From: Balamuthia mandrillaris
Taxonomy: Eukaryota
Assembly: GCA_031835245.2 (NCBI GenBank)
Contig: JAVKOQ020000053.1
Coordinates: 124,001 to 188,000, forward strand
Reading direction: 5' to 3'
DNA length: 64,000 nt
Shown: positions 22,010 to 35,470 of the stretch, in pieces
How positions within the stretch are numbered: the first letter of the stretch is position 1
How the letters are laid out: each line of letters starts with the position of its first letter
Made by a program: the position numbers and the translations under genes
The notes under the pieces: generated by a model
What the model was told of the DNA's origin: nothing
The model's database searches: none
What the model saw: only the letters and a program-made list of their open reading frames with translations

Positions 22010-25000
22010 TTAAAGATAATTCCTTGGTGCAACGACACCAGGAGGAGGCGGGTGATACGTTGATGGCGTGAGTTCATCCAGGATATTTCTCGCGACGCTG
22101 AGATGCGGTGTGCGGTGCGCAGCTTTTGTGTTTGCATCAGCACGGAGGGGCAAGCAGGAAAAAGCTCCGGGGGCTTGCGGAGTCGGAGGTGGTGATGACG
22201 AAGGAGTGGACAAGCTGTCAGAAAAAAGTCGCTTTTGTGCAGAAGAGCATCGAGAAGGAGGAGGATGCGCGTTGAGGAACATCGTTGAAGATGCTGAGGC
22301 TAGTGAAGGCTGTACAGAGGAGGAAGAAGGATGGTGTTGTTGGTGATGCTGTTGGCGGGATGGAGAGAGGAAGATGCTTTTGTTTGTGGAGTAATATGTA
22401 TGCGCTCCTCCTGGCAGATTAAAGATCTATTCGTTATGGTTAGGGCAAGAAAAAGAAATAATATAACGACAGACAGACGAGGAGAGAGCAATACCCAATC
22501 TTTCTCTGCCATAATTTTGAGGAAAATGTCAAACAGGTGGTTGCTTTTAAGGGTATTCAACGACCCAACAATGATCAATTTTTTCTTGGCTCTGGTGAAT
22601 GCTACATTGACCCTGCGCCAATCTCGTAGCAGTTCTCCCACCTAGCAAAAAAGCAAGCAGTACCCGTTAATACAACTATACTCATCAAAACAAAACAAAA
22701 CAAAACGAAAACGAAAACGAAAACGAAAAAAGAAGAATAACTTACATTTTTTTCCTCGTTGGACCGAACCAAAGAGATGACGACACAATCTTTGTCTCGC
22801 CCCTGGAACTTATCTACAGTATGCATCTCTATAGCGTTGTTGACTCTCGCGTTGATCTTTTGAAGCAAGGAACGTATGGTCTTTAGTTGAGACCTGTAGG
22901 GGGAGATGATGCCAATATCTTCCGGAGGAACTCCACAAAAGAGCAGCGCGTCGGTGAGAAGATAGACTAGCCGAGCTTCCACTTTATTGCTAAGGATTGG
23001 AATGTTTTCCAAGCCACGCACTCCTTCTGGAGCGGGTACGTCGTCCGTGTTGAGGAAGATAACGCGACGAAGAGGATCCAATACACTGCTTAACCAATGT
23101 TGCTGTTGTTGATATTGCTGAGAGGAGCCTTTGTTTGTGTTAAAAGAAAGCTCAGAAACAAAAGAAATAGAAAAAAATGAAGAAGGCAAGCTTTGTGTTG
23201 TAAACGCGCTTTTACCTGGTACAGTATGTCCTTTCTTTTGTTTGGGTGGCGGAAGACTAGAGTAGAAAGGCATTTTGGCGGCAAGTGAACTATTGGCAAC
23301 AAACATGGTGCCGCACTTGAGTTGATGGTTGTAGATAAGCTCGTTGCAGAGGCACATAATATCTGCATTCATGCGATATTGATATTGTAGATTTACAACG
23401 GCGTTGGGATACTTTTCGGAGAGGTGTTTGAAGAGACTGACTCCCAGACCTTCTTCCTTTGCATCCGAGTTTCGAACCAATGGAGGAAGTTGGTAGTGAT
23501 CACCCACTACAGTATAACGTTAGTTCAGAAGAGAAAGAGAAAGAAGAAAAGAGAAGGAAGAAAAACCTAGAACAAAAACATCAGCGAAACGAAGCGGTCC
23601 CAAGCAAACAGGCTGCGTAAGCTGACTAGCTTCATCCACAATGCAATAATCAAACTTTCTCTTTCTGAACAGCGAATGCGTGATGCCCAAGCAAGTGCTG
23701 CCTACCACCTGTTTTTCGTTGAACAGCCTTTCCAACTCCTCAACGCTCTTCGCTTGCTTTGCAGGCGTCGAGCTACCTGTTTCGTCACTGTAGCCGTACA
23801 GAGTGTACTTTCTCAAGGCAGAGGAGACTTGCTCCGGACGACCAAGACGCAAAAAGTCCACGCCCATGTTCTCCAGTTTGGCCAGCAGATTGTCCACAGC
23901 GGTGTGGGTGTAGGAGGTAATGAGCACGCTCTTGCCGCAGGCCACCAGGGATTTGACGATATGAGCGATAGTAGTGGTTTTCCCAGTGCCGGGCATGCCT
24001 AGGATGAGAGCATAGTCCTGTGCGGAGAGCACTTTCTTGATGGCTTTCTTTTGGTCGACGTTGAGGGCACAATCCAGAGCAGAAGGACAGATATTCATTT
24101 GCATAATGGCGGATCGTACTTCTTCGCTGTCTGTGCCGTCGTTATTGTTTTGTAGTTTGCTTCTACTTTTTCCAGCTCGACCACCAGAAGATGAAGAAGA
24201 AGGACTTCGAAGAGGATTGAGCTTTACGGGAGAGGAGAGGCCATCCTTCAAGACTGAAGTGGACAAGGTGTTGTTGAACTTGGGTTCTTCTCCATCCACC
24301 AACAGTCTTCTTCGCTTCACATCGCTACCGGTAGGTAGGAACAGCGTAAGCAGATTTTGCTTCACAACTTTGACAAAGTGAGAGAGTTCCTCTTTGTCGA
24401 TACGCCATCGAATGTCGCTGACGCTAAGAGGTTGACGAGGGTGAGGAAGTAAAGGATGTGATGTTTGTATCACATTCATCTTCGATTTTTTCTGGGATGG
24501 TTCTTTTATCATGTCTTCTATGTCGATAATCCCATGAAACACTTGAGACCGGTGAAAAGAATCGCAAGATGAAGAAGAAGTGGTCATGCTTTGCATCGGG
24601 GTTGGTGGAGGCCGCAGCTGTTCCTCCACTGAGATGACTACCTGCTCATGAGTTATCTCGCACACAAACCCTGTGGCTACCCCAAAATGACCATTGTCAG
24701 TGCTCACAATGACATAATCGCCATGACTTATGCCAAAGTTGAGTAACGAGTCACCACCTCCATCCCAATCGCTGTCTTCCGAGTTGTCACTGCTGTTGTT
24801 CGTTATTCCCAGTTTTAGTTCGAACCCTTGTTGGCGTTCCTCGGGATAGGAGCTCTCCTCCTGCTGTGGTGATGGTGCTGGCGCTTTCTTGAAAGTGTAC
24901 TTGAAGCCATTCTTGGAGGGAACCTCCTTGTCCACAACCATGTTGCTCCAACAACGTCCCGTTTGCTCTCTTTCTTCACCTGTCATTGTCCAAATCTCTT

Positions 25001-26748
25001 TGCGGTGTTTGTATAGCTCAGAGCCTTCTAGCTCTATCAGTCGGTCCCATTTGAGAAAGTACTCGATGTGATGCGGCTTCAGGTGCCCCGTCTTCTCGTC
25101 AAAAAGGGCGCCCAAAGAGCTACTTTCGGCGTTGCCTTGCGAAAATATACAAGTTAGTGTGATCAACATCTTTGTCTCTTCTCTCTCGCAACTGTTTTTA
25201 GTGTACCGTTTTCAAGAGCTTTGTGATAAAGTGCACAGGTTTCAAGTTGATGGCAGTATTGACAGATACGGCTTTTGAGCATTGGAGGAAGCCTGTCCTG
25301 TTTGGCCAGAAAGGTTGCCATCTGATTGCGCTGTGAAAGGATTGCAATGACGTGCTGTCGGAGTGCGGGAATCGCTCTAATGATGCCGTTGGTCATGTAA
25401 TAGAGCATGCTCCATCGAATGTCGGTTTCTGAGTTGGTTGGTGGGAGGGAGGGAGAGATGAACAAAGTTAGAATTGCGTTCTTTTGCTTTCAGTGGAGTA
25501 CAATAAAAACGTACTGTATCGGTCTTCCATCAACAAAGTATAGAGTATGACCTGAGCAGAGTGAGAGGTATTGCTTGGTTTGTACTTTCCTGTCTTGAGC
25601 TCTAGCGGAACCGCAAACTTCTCCACCACAGCACCATTTCCGTGGTCGATATTAGCTTCCACTGACAGGTCTATTTTACCTATTAAAAGAAGAAGAAGAA
25701 GAACAAGAACAAGAAGAACAAGAAGAAGAAGAAAAGAAGAAGAAAAAAACAAGTCAGCATGCACAGAAGAAAATATATATTAGTAGGAGAACTTGTTTTC
25801 GTACCTTTCAGTCCATACATAGGGGACCAAATGTTTTCTTCAATTGCCAAAATTTTCGAAATGCCCATCGTAACCTTAACTGGTTGATTATCTACAATTA
25901 CTGTTGCCTTTTCGAGTGGAAGACGACCAGTCAAACAAAAGAATGAAGGAAACAGAACATTAACTAATGTTCAACACCAAAGAACAAACAAAAAGAACAT
26001 TACCTTGGGTTTTCGAACACGAGACAGGTAACGTTTTTCCCACTTTTGCATTTTGAGGATATATGACTCAAGCGCCTTCTCAAGGTCTTTCGTAGTCTGG
26101 TTCATAACATATAAATTATCTACATTATCAGCCACGGCCTCTGTGATACCCGCTTTAAAGGTCTCAGTGGAAAAGTCGGAAAGTCGGATGGCTTTCTCGA
26201 ACAACCCGTGAAGAATGGTTCCCAGTACTAGTGGAAGGGTAACCTCTCCGCGCTGAAAGGAGTGGCAAGCACAAGCGAGCGAGAGAGAGAGAGAGAGAGA
26301 GAGCAGAGGTTAGAAAGTGACTAACAAACGTCCGATAGCTATATCTTATCGTTACCTTGTGTCTCTCTTGCAAAACAGCTTTCCGCAAACATTGGTAGCT
26401 CTCTCCAATAGATGTACCAGATATGAGAAGGTCTGGATGAAGAATTATTAGATTCCTGTCCTTATCTATGACACAGTGTCCATCCTTGTCAAAGTCGCCT
26501 ATAACGTTGACATAATCGCCATGGCACACAGGTGAGGTTTGCCATCCGTCTCGCAAATGTACAATTCTCTCGTCCATGTTCTTTTCATCCAATACCCGCA
26601 GCACCGTTTCTTTGCCACTACAGGTCCAATCCGGGGTTGCTGGATCGGTGTACTTATATTCCCTCGTGGTTACTTCCGCCACTAGAAATCTTCTGTACTT
26701 GGCGGGGTTTTCTTCCTACATAGCGCAACACAAAGCAGAGGGAGAAAG

Positions 26749-26783
<35 letters not shown>

Positions 26784-29330
26784 AGCAAAGAATAAAGATC
26801 AAAAGGGAGGAGAGAGAGAGAGAGAGAGAGAAGAGCAAAGAGAGCAAGAGCAAAGGAAGGGTTGAAGAAAGAATATCAGCAAGCAGAATAGGATGGTCAA
26901 GACATGACCGTTTTTGACCTTTTGTAGTGGTTGAGGGTTAAACTGCAAAGCATGCAAGAAGCTGTCATCTATGTCACCAAAATCGAAGCCATCGTAGACA
27001 TCCGGAGCATCCATTTCTTCTGTTGCTTGTTGCAGCAACTCCTTTTCTTTGTCACGGTTGTCCCAACCCTGCCGATGGTTTATGCCTCCAAAGTTACATT
27101 GCGGGGCTGCTTTGCTGGTATCACACCAAGACGTATCACGTATAATAGTATTCTCTGTCTCCTCAAGAGACAAATCCACCACAGTTGGGGCAGACTGAAG
27201 GTTTCTTTGTTCTGTTTGTGGTTGTTGTTGCACGTAAGTGTGTGGCAGTTGTAAATATGTCTCGTGTTGTTGTCTTGCAGTAGGCAATCTAGGTGCTTCA
27301 TGTTGGCGGCTATTGCGGTCTGGCAGGAAAGGGGAGGAAAAGGAAGAAGCGGATTTAGGTGGAAGTACTTGTGGATGTTCTTCAATGTCGTCATCCAGAA
27401 TGATGACGGGAATAGAATTTCGGTGTTGGGCAGACTCGTGGGAAGAAGGAGTATTGGCGTTGAAGGAAAGATTAAAACTAGTGGTAGAGGTGGCAGAGTT
27501 TGTGGTTGTGGACGATGTGGAGTAGCCAAAGGCCGGAGGAGGAGAAGGATTGATATTGTGATTAGTATTATGTATTTGCTGGTGTGATTGCTGCTCAGAG
27601 TATCTGGCTATAAGGATATTACATATCTCGTTCATCATGTCTTCGCTTATATCATCACAAGAATCTGTAGAAGGAGAAAGAGGAGAGTCTATGATAGTAG
27701 TGTTGTGAAGTGCCAAGTTATCATCAGAAGGGAAAGGAGCAGATGATAATGAAGATGACGTGAAAGTAGAGGACGAAGCAGCGGTTGAAGCAAAAGAAAA
27801 AGACGAAGAAGCAAAAGAAGAGGAAGATGCAAGTGGCGCTTCTGGTGAAGTTTCACTTCCGGTTGACCGAGAGGAGATGACGAGTTCAGCCTTCCGGATA
27901 ACATTTAGCAACCGCTTTGCACGCTGGGTGTCGCCCGATAGTTGTTCAGTTGGAGTTTGCGGAGAGGAATGACCAGATGACAATCCCTCGGACGAGAGAG
28001 ATAAGCGATGATGCCCGTCACTAGCAGACCTTCTCTTTCGTTGATATCTCTCAGGAAAAGAGAGCCATTCCGTAAAAAACGAATCTGCAGAGTCACTACT
28101 CTTCAACTTGGCCACTCTTTCTTGAGAAGAGGGTGAGCCAGTCTTCACAGTTGCCCTCGTGCGAGAACTAGTCGTTTCCTCTTCTTGACGTGGTTGTTGA
28201 TGTTCTTCTGCAATTACATGCGTTTCCTGAAGCAGGCTTTCGTAGGTTTGTTGTGCTTGTAACACGACCTGCGGCGTAGCTCTTCTGCGCGCGAGTCTAG
28301 CTACTCGTTTTATCTCCTTCTTAAGAGCCTCCCTCGTTTGAGGATCCAACTGTGCTACTGAGCTTGTGGGTTGCTCCGCCATCGCTTGCGAAAGGGTCTT
28401 CATCGGATCAAACAAGGACAACAGATGCTCGATGTCGTTGTCATGGGCAGAGCGCTTCTCCAAGGCTTTGCGTTGTCTCTCCGTGACCTCGTGAAAGGGG
28501 GTTGGCTCCCAGTAGACATCTTTGTCTCCTCCTTCTTCCCAACGCCCATATCCTCTGGTAGACAAAAGTTTTTTGCGAGAAGGTTTGGGTCCCTGGTCTT
28601 TGTGGAGGTTGCGGAAGGGGGTAGGGCGTGTGCCTATTGGTTGTGCTCTCTGCTTACCATCTCCTCTTCGATCGTCTTCGTTCCCTTTTGCTTTGTCAAC
28701 ATCATTCGTTGCTGCCTTGTTGTGTCTCGAGCAACTTATCTCGCTGCTAACTTTCTTCTTGCTCTGTCCACTATCCGCATCTTTCTCTTCCTCTTCTTCC
28801 CCTTCTTCTGTTGTCTCTTTTTCTGTTTCCACTCTTTTCTCTTTTTCTTCATCAACAAGATCATCCGGCTGGGTCTTTTCCGAAAGGACTCCGTGCGGTT
28901 GCTGCTGAGAGCTGCTACGTGGCCCAGAGGGGGGTTTTGCGGCCTTGGGTAGAGAAAGGCGCTGGCTGGCAGAAGTTCTGCTTTGGCTCTGCGATGACCC
29001 ACTTCTCTCTTTGGTAGTTCTCTTGTTCTGGCTGCTGCTCCGTTTGTTGTTGTTGTTGTTGTTATTGATCTTCTTGTTGCGAGAGGTGGCAGGAGTTTTC
29101 TGTTGGGCCAAAGCGCCAGCATTAGAAAGAGTTCTTTGGAGTTGGGGTTGTGGAGGCTTTAGGGAGGCCTGCGGCGTGGGCTCAAAGTCATCGTCCGAGT
29201 TTGCCTGGTCATCCTCCAGCGCATTAGCCCAAAAGGCTTTGTTGAGAGAGTTTTGTAGGTAGTGCTCCCGCGCCTGCGTGCAGATGCTGCTGGACGACTT
29301 TTTATCCGTGTGCTGCTGGCTGGCCGCCAT
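22010..29330 (-). CDS. DNA2: DNA2 helicase/nuclease; spliced, with long disordered N-terminus
   Basis: [11 protein letters not shown], Fe-S cysteines ([19 protein letters not shown]), nuclease motifs [24 protein letters not shown] and [13 protein letters not shown]1 helicase motifs [51 protein letters not shown]. Confidence 0.97.
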
Positions 29331-29732
29331 ACGAGTAGCGAGGGGATGAATCTCTAACGCTCCACCAACTAAGCCGCATCAAAACAGCGAACAAACCAGA
29401 TGTCTTATCAGTCTCCTCTCTTCTAGCTTTTTTTTTCTTTTGCTATTTCCCCCAAGCCCTTCAAAAGGACGGGGGCGTGGAGTGTTGTTGGGTTCGGTGG
29501 TTACTCTTGCTTCCTTTTGTTTTCTCCCAATTATTTGTCGACTTAATGGCTAAAATTCTTCCAGGAAATTAAATTCACACCAGAGAAAACAAATGTTGTT
29601 GGAAAAGAACAGGGTGTAACACGACTGAGAGCACGTTTGTTTAAACAACGGCACACAGTGGCACGTCGTCCCAACACAAGACGAAAGCGCGTTTAGTCCT
29701 CTCTTCTTAGATGTGATCGGTTGTGACGTCGC

Positions 29733-30851
29733 CTATACTTGGAAGAAGTGTTTTGTTTGAAGGAACCTGTCGTGGATTGGTGATTTTAAATCCTCCCTTG
29801 AGCAGAAAAGTAGGAAAAAGCTGAAGCCAGGCCTACCTTGTAGAGCAAGTACCACATAACCTCCTTTTCACCAAGGAACTCTTTAACATCTTTGAATTTC
29901 CATACCAGCTCAAGGCCCAATTGATCCAACGTCAGCTCATACCACTCCACCGAAAAGTTGCCTGTAACAGAATAAGGTCAGGACGAGAAATGGAGAAGGA
30001 AGAAGAGGAAGAAGAAGCAGAAGGAGAAGGAGAAAGAGAAGAACAAGAAGAAGAACAACAGCAGCAAGAAGAAGAACAAGCAGGAGGAGAAGGAGAAAGA
30101 CAAAGATAATAACATAATTAGCTACAAACTCCAATACATGGTGGCTCCACCAAGCCAATTCTCAGCAAAGCCTTCCGATGCTTTCGGCGGCACGTTGAAG
30201 AGCAGAGGAGAGTCCGGCTTCAATATTCGAAGCAGGTGAGAGAAGAGTTCCACGTGTTGCCTCCGTGGCAAGTGAAAGAGAGTAAAGAGGGAGAGAGCGC
30301 CACAGATGGAGTCGTTTTCCTGCTGCTTGCAAAACTCCAACATCTCCTCCACCTGAAAGCAGTGAGCAAAATTGGGGAGCTCTTCTTTGGCCAAACCTAT
30401 CTGTGTTTCCGACAAATCCACCCCCAAGTAGTCCGTGGGCATGCCCTCCAAGCTTTCGCACAGGAACTGACCCACCGGCGCACCACAGCCACAACCCAGT
30501 TCCACTACGCGGGGCTTGTAGCGGCTCTGGAAGTGAGAACCGAGCGCTTCGGAGGACACTTTCAAGCCCTTGCGCATTGCCTGTTGTTTACGCTCTTGTT
30601 TCGACATGGCTTCCTCGATTTCGTCATCCCCTTTGTTGGGACCTTTGGGCACCTACGTCCAAGCAAAAAGTAGAGGTATCATGAGGGCTGCTGGTCTCTT
30701 CTGATTGTGTGTGGCCACAAGGACAAACCATATCAAACCAAGCCTTGAAAATGGGTAGCTCCAGAACGCTCTCGTCCTTCGTTTTCTTGTACGGCAGCGA
30801 GGCATCGTCGTAGCCCTTCTTCACGAGCTCCACAAGTTCCAGGAAATCCAT
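29733..30851 (-). CDS. Class I SAM-dependent methyltransferase; spliced
   Basis: VKKGYD, motif I VVELGCGCGAP, GVDLSETQIGLA, FTLFHLPR, RILKPDSPLLF, WLGGATMYWSNFS; last exon VPQTKHFFQV*. Confidence 0.85.
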
Positions 30852-31109
30852 TTGCGCTTTACTACTTTTTTTTTCCTTCCTTCTTCTTCTCTTTTTTTTG
30901 AATGGGTTGCCATAGCTACAAAACCAAAGATTTTTACATTATGGGACCTTCATCAAGCATTCATAATTCCACTCCTATTGGTCCCCACCAATCAAGAATA
31001 ATGCATTACAATTTAGGCGATCTCACTCCTCTCAGGCCCCTGCTTCTTCCTGGGTGTGCTTGTATTTTTTTAATCGTATCATTCTTTGCAGTTGTTATTG
31101 CTGAACGCC

Positions 31110-32887
31110 ATGAAGCTCCTTCTCGTTGCCCTTGTTGCCGTTCTGGCTCTCTCCGTTCCTAGGACCACCGCTCAAACCATTTCTGCCGAGGCCTTGGAAG
31201 CCTTTGTGGACAGCCTAAGCACCGACGCAAACGTCTTCGTGAACACCTCCTCCGGGTTTGAGAACGTTACCGGCCACTTTCACAGCAAAGCCATCGAGTC
31301 ACCGGCTGCGCCGCAACTCGTCGTGCAGGCCGCCGAGGCCGACGATGTGATCGCCACGGTAAACTTCGCCAGGGAGAACGGGCTAAACTTCGGGGTGAAG
31401 GGCGGTACCCACGGCTACGAAGGCATCGCCATGCCCGACAAAGGCGTTCTCCTCGACCTGACTCTTATGAGGAAAGTGACCGTACGTGTTCACCTTGTCT
31501 GCCCTTTGTTAAAAAATGGGGGCATTTCTTCTTTTCTCACGCTTTGTTGCCACAGGTCAAATCCAACACGGTCGAATACGAGGCAGGTGTTAACTGCGGT
31601 GACATCGACTCAGCCTTGTCGGACACCACCCGCGCCGCTGTCTGCGGCAACTGCTACGTGGTGGGCAGCGGCTTCATCGCTCACGGCGGTTATGGCGCTC
31701 TCTCACGTCGCCATGGCCTGGCCATCGACAACCTCGTCTCCGTGGACCTTGTAACTTACGAGGGTGAGCTCCTCACCGTCAGCGAGGCTTCCCATCCCGA
31801 TCTCTTTTGGGCTGTTCGTGGCGCTTTGCCCAACTTTGGCGTTGCTGTCAAGTTTGTCGTGAAGACCCACGACATCAGCTCTTACTACGGCGGTTCGTTC
31901 GCGGCTCCAGCCCTGCCCGAGGTCTTCCTGGCGACGTCAGCTTGGGTGGCGGAACAGGCTGAGGATCCGGACTTTCATGCTAGAATGACGTTCATCGCTC
32001 TGCCTGGCGGGGCTCGTCTCCTGAGCCTCGAGGTGACCCTTTGGGGTGATCGTAACACCACAGAGAAAGAGGCCTTCTTCGAGGGCCTTTCCGAAATCAC
32101 TGGTACCTATTCTTTCCTGCTTGTCTTTGCGCTTTAGTGCCACGAAAACGGGTTAGTTCTGAGCGAGATGCACACATAAACAAAACAGATTGGCAAGAAA
32201 ACCTTGGCGTTGGCACATACTTTGACCAACAGTCCGCCAATAACATGGCCATTGATGCCTCTCCTGTCCTGGCTATGGGTTACACCCGCGCTGGTTCCAA
32301 CGAGCTCGGTACCGAAGAGTTCTTCACCACCTTTTTCGACCACTGGGTCAACACCACCTCTACCTCTCCTGCAGGTTTGTTCTTGTTTTGTTGTTGTTTG
32401 TTCCTTATTGTCTTGTCCCACTGAGAGGCCTGATACCTTACTTGCAAAACAAAAACAAGCCATCAACCTCTGGGGAGGAGCTATCTCGGAGGTGCCTCGC
32501 AACGCCACCGCATTTTGGGGACGAGGGATCGTTTTCGATTGGTTCCTGACTGCCACCTTCTTGGAGCTTCCCGATGACCTGGAGGCAGTGGAGTCCCAGC
32601 TGGAGGCCGCTCAGGACCAGTTGAACTCCCTGGAGGGAGCTACCGAGGACGTTTACACCAACTGGCTCAGCCCCAATGAGGATGGCGTCCTCGAAAGGAT
32701 TTACGGTAACAACTTGGAGAGGTTGAAGCAACTCAAGGCGACATATGACCCTGAGAACTTCTTCAAAAGCAACTTCAACATTGAGCCGGCCGCGACCGAT
32801 GGGGATAGCAGCGCTGACGGTGACAGCAGTGCTGACGGCGAGGATGGTTCTTCCGCCTCTACCACAAAGCCATTCGCTTGGTTCTAA
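31110..32887 (+). CDS. Secreted FAD-linked oxidoreductase, berberine-bridge-enzyme (BBE)/VAO family; spliced
   Basis: Signal peptide MKLLLVALVAVLALS; FAD site GVKGGTHGYEG; GNCYVVG..GGYGALSRRHGLAIDN; PDLFWAVRGA; BBE tail YGNNLERLKQLKATYDPENFF. Confidence 0.92.
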
Positions 32888-32964
32888 AGTGGTTTCATCT
32901 TTGAAATGCTTTTTTAAAAATAAACAACGCTCACAAGAACCAGCCCAACCCTGTTCTCTTTGTC

Positions 32965-32999
<35 letters not shown>

Positions 33000-33133
33000 T
33001 TCTCTCCTCTCAATGTGCTCTTCTTCTCCTCTCTCCTTTCTTCTGCAGTGCAAAAAATATTGCGATAATAATTATTATTATTAATATATATCAACATTCC
33101 CCACAGCAACAACAACAACAAAAGAAAAAGAGC

Positions 33134-33832
33134 ATGAGCACAACAGCGACGAGGAACCTGCTCTGCTCCTCCACAAGCAGCTTCTGTCTTTCCGCTGCTT
33201 CTCCCTTTCGGCCGATCCGCTGGCAAGGCCGCCTCACAATACGCGCCCACGCCATCCAGCGGTTGTCCAGCCACCCTTTTCGCGCTGGCACCCTCACCAC
33301 CATCCAAAACACCTCGACTCCTCTTCTCTGTTCTCGTCGATGGCGCTCTCAAAGTGCAAGCGTTGAAGAGAACAACAAGCAAGAAGAGGAACAAGAGGAA
33401 GAAGAGGAGGAGGAAGAACCAGTGCCACCTATCGAGATCCCCAGAGATCTCATCAAGCTCTCCTTTGTTCGCTCCAGCGGACCGGGCGGCCAGAACGTGA
33501 ACAAAGTTGCCACCAAAGTGGACCTCCGCTTCAAGCTGTCCGAGGCCGAGTGGATCCCCGAGAAAGTGAGAGCTCGACTGGCGGAACAACGGAAGCACGA
33601 CATCAACAAGAGAGGAGAGCTGGTTCTCACGGCGGAGACCCACCGCACGCAACCTCAAAATGTGGAGGAGGCCTTCCGCAAGCTCTCTCAGTACCTAGAC
33701 CAGGCGAGGGTGGTCCCCAAGAAGCGGATCCCCACCAAGGTCCCAGAGTATGCCATCGAGGCAAGACTTCAACAGAAGAAACGGCGGAGCGACGTCAAAA
33801 AGTTGCGCAAGAACTCTTATGATTGGCAGTAG
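33134..33832 (+). CDS. ICT1: Mitochondrial peptidyl-tRNA hydrolase ICT1/mL62 (ArfB/YaeJ family)
   Basis: Arg/Ser/Thr-rich presequence; FVRSSGPGGQNVNKVATKV (GGQ motif); INKRGELVL..HRTQPQN; basic tail RLQQKKRRSDVKKLRK. Confidence 0.93.
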   Translation: MSTTATRNLLCSSTSSFCLSAASPFRPIRWQGRLTIRAHAIQRLSSHPFRAGTLTTIQNTSTPLLCSRRWRSQSASVEENNKQEEEQEEEEEEEEPVPPIEIPRDLIKLSFVRSSGPGGQNVNKVATKVDLRFKLSEAEWIPEKVRARLAEQRKHDINKRGELVLTAETHRTQPQNVEEAFRKLSQYLDQARVVPKKRIPTKVPEYAIEARLQQKKRRSDVKKLRKNSYDWQ

Positions 33833-34077
33833 TAGTCCCCTTGTCTCTACGGCAAAAAAAAAAAAAAAAACGCTTTGCCAGCACTGCCTCTTCTCAACAC
33901 CAAGGGGTTTCGCCACACTACTGCTGCCTTTGGACGAACAACAACAACAAAAAAAAAACAAGCCGTGTTTCTGGACTCAAACCTTTTACCAAGTTGGCCG
34001 CACGCTACGCGCCATTTGGGGTAGATTGTAGGGGTACCCCTACAATCTCATTCGGCTCCGTTTGCCGCTGATCCTGA

Positions 34078-34129
<52 letters not shown>

Positions 34130-34635
34130 CTTTCTTCATCTCTCGCAACCTCTCGTTCATAGTCTATTCTCTCCCTTCTCCTGCTACCCTACGCACAAAA
34201 TAATTCCTATTTATCAGAAAATATTTAACATGATATATCGATAAAATCAGATAAATTTACCATAAAAAGCTCGAAACTACCAAAAAAAAATTAGGCAAGA
34301 AAATCATTTTCCAAACTTTTTTTAGCGGGAATATTTTTATAAAATAAAAAACAAACAGACGACGAAGGAAAAGAAGGAGGACCACAAATACCGAAGGGGT
34401 GCCACATAAAGCAAGCCAAGCGGTCGGGAGTGCTCTCGCTCGCTCTTTGCTGTTGTTGTTATTATCGTTCCGCCGACCACCAAACAAAGACGGGCTGCTA
34501 TTGATAGGTTTGACAAAAAATAGTCCGCCGCAAAGGATTAAAAAAAAAAATAAAAGCCGCCCGACGACAATCAACAACGCTTTGGCTTTTTGTTTCTTTA
34601 CAGAGTTTTGTGAGCGGACCATCTAAGGCAAAGAG

Positions 34636-34934
34636 ATGGAGACAAAAGAGCACGCGCAGAGCCTTGTTAATTGGGTACCTATTTTTTTTTGTGGTGTTTC
34701 TTACATATGAGTTCCGTAAAGCTTCGTTTGTTGTTATAGTGGCTGTCAACAACAAAAAAAAGCAAAGAAGCACTTACCACCTTTTGCCTCTTAACCTCAG
34801 GTCAACACCTTTGTGCTGTCCGAGAACTGCGACTACGCAGAAGACCTCTACGATGGCGTTTTGCTTGCCGAAGTTTTTTCTCAAATGTATGCTGTTCTTT
34901 CTCTCTTGTCAAACTTCTCTCCACTCTTTCTTTT

Positions 34935-34979
<45 letters not shown>

Positions 34980-35434
34980 TTCTCGTTCTTCTCTTCTCTC
35001 TTCTGCCTCTAATTCTTCATCCTCTTTTGTATAACTTATCCTATCGTTTAAAACGTTGCAGAGCGCCGGGATACCTCGATCCCGCCTCCATCAAAAGAGA
35101 CACAGGCAACAACTGGTTGCTCAAAGTGAACAATGTGAAGAAGCTGATCAGCGCGTTGGAGGCCTTTTACAGAGAAGAACTGAACGTGAGTGAGGACTTT
35201 GACGTTGTCAACGTGAACCTGCTAGTCAAGGAGAAGGACGTGCAGGAGATCATCCTCTTAGTGGAGTTCATTCTTGGAGCAGCTGTGGAGTGTGAGAACA
35301 AGCAAGAGATTATTCAGAACATAATGCTCCTTGATAAAACCTCACAAAAGTGTCTTATGGTTATCATCGAACGGGTACATTTTCTCCTTCTGTTCTTTCC
35401 TTTTATGCTTTATGCTTTCTTATTTCTTCCTCTT

Positions 35435-35470
<36 letters not shown>

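Noticed and set aside
32438..33658. 406-aa minus-strand ORF
   Set aside because: Antisense shadow of the BBE oxidase and ICT1 genes, crossing microsatellites
14903..33832. Translation quality-control cluster (OGFOD1, ICT1)
   Set aside because: The genes are ~16 kb apart with unrelated genes between them and act in different compartments; consistent with chance
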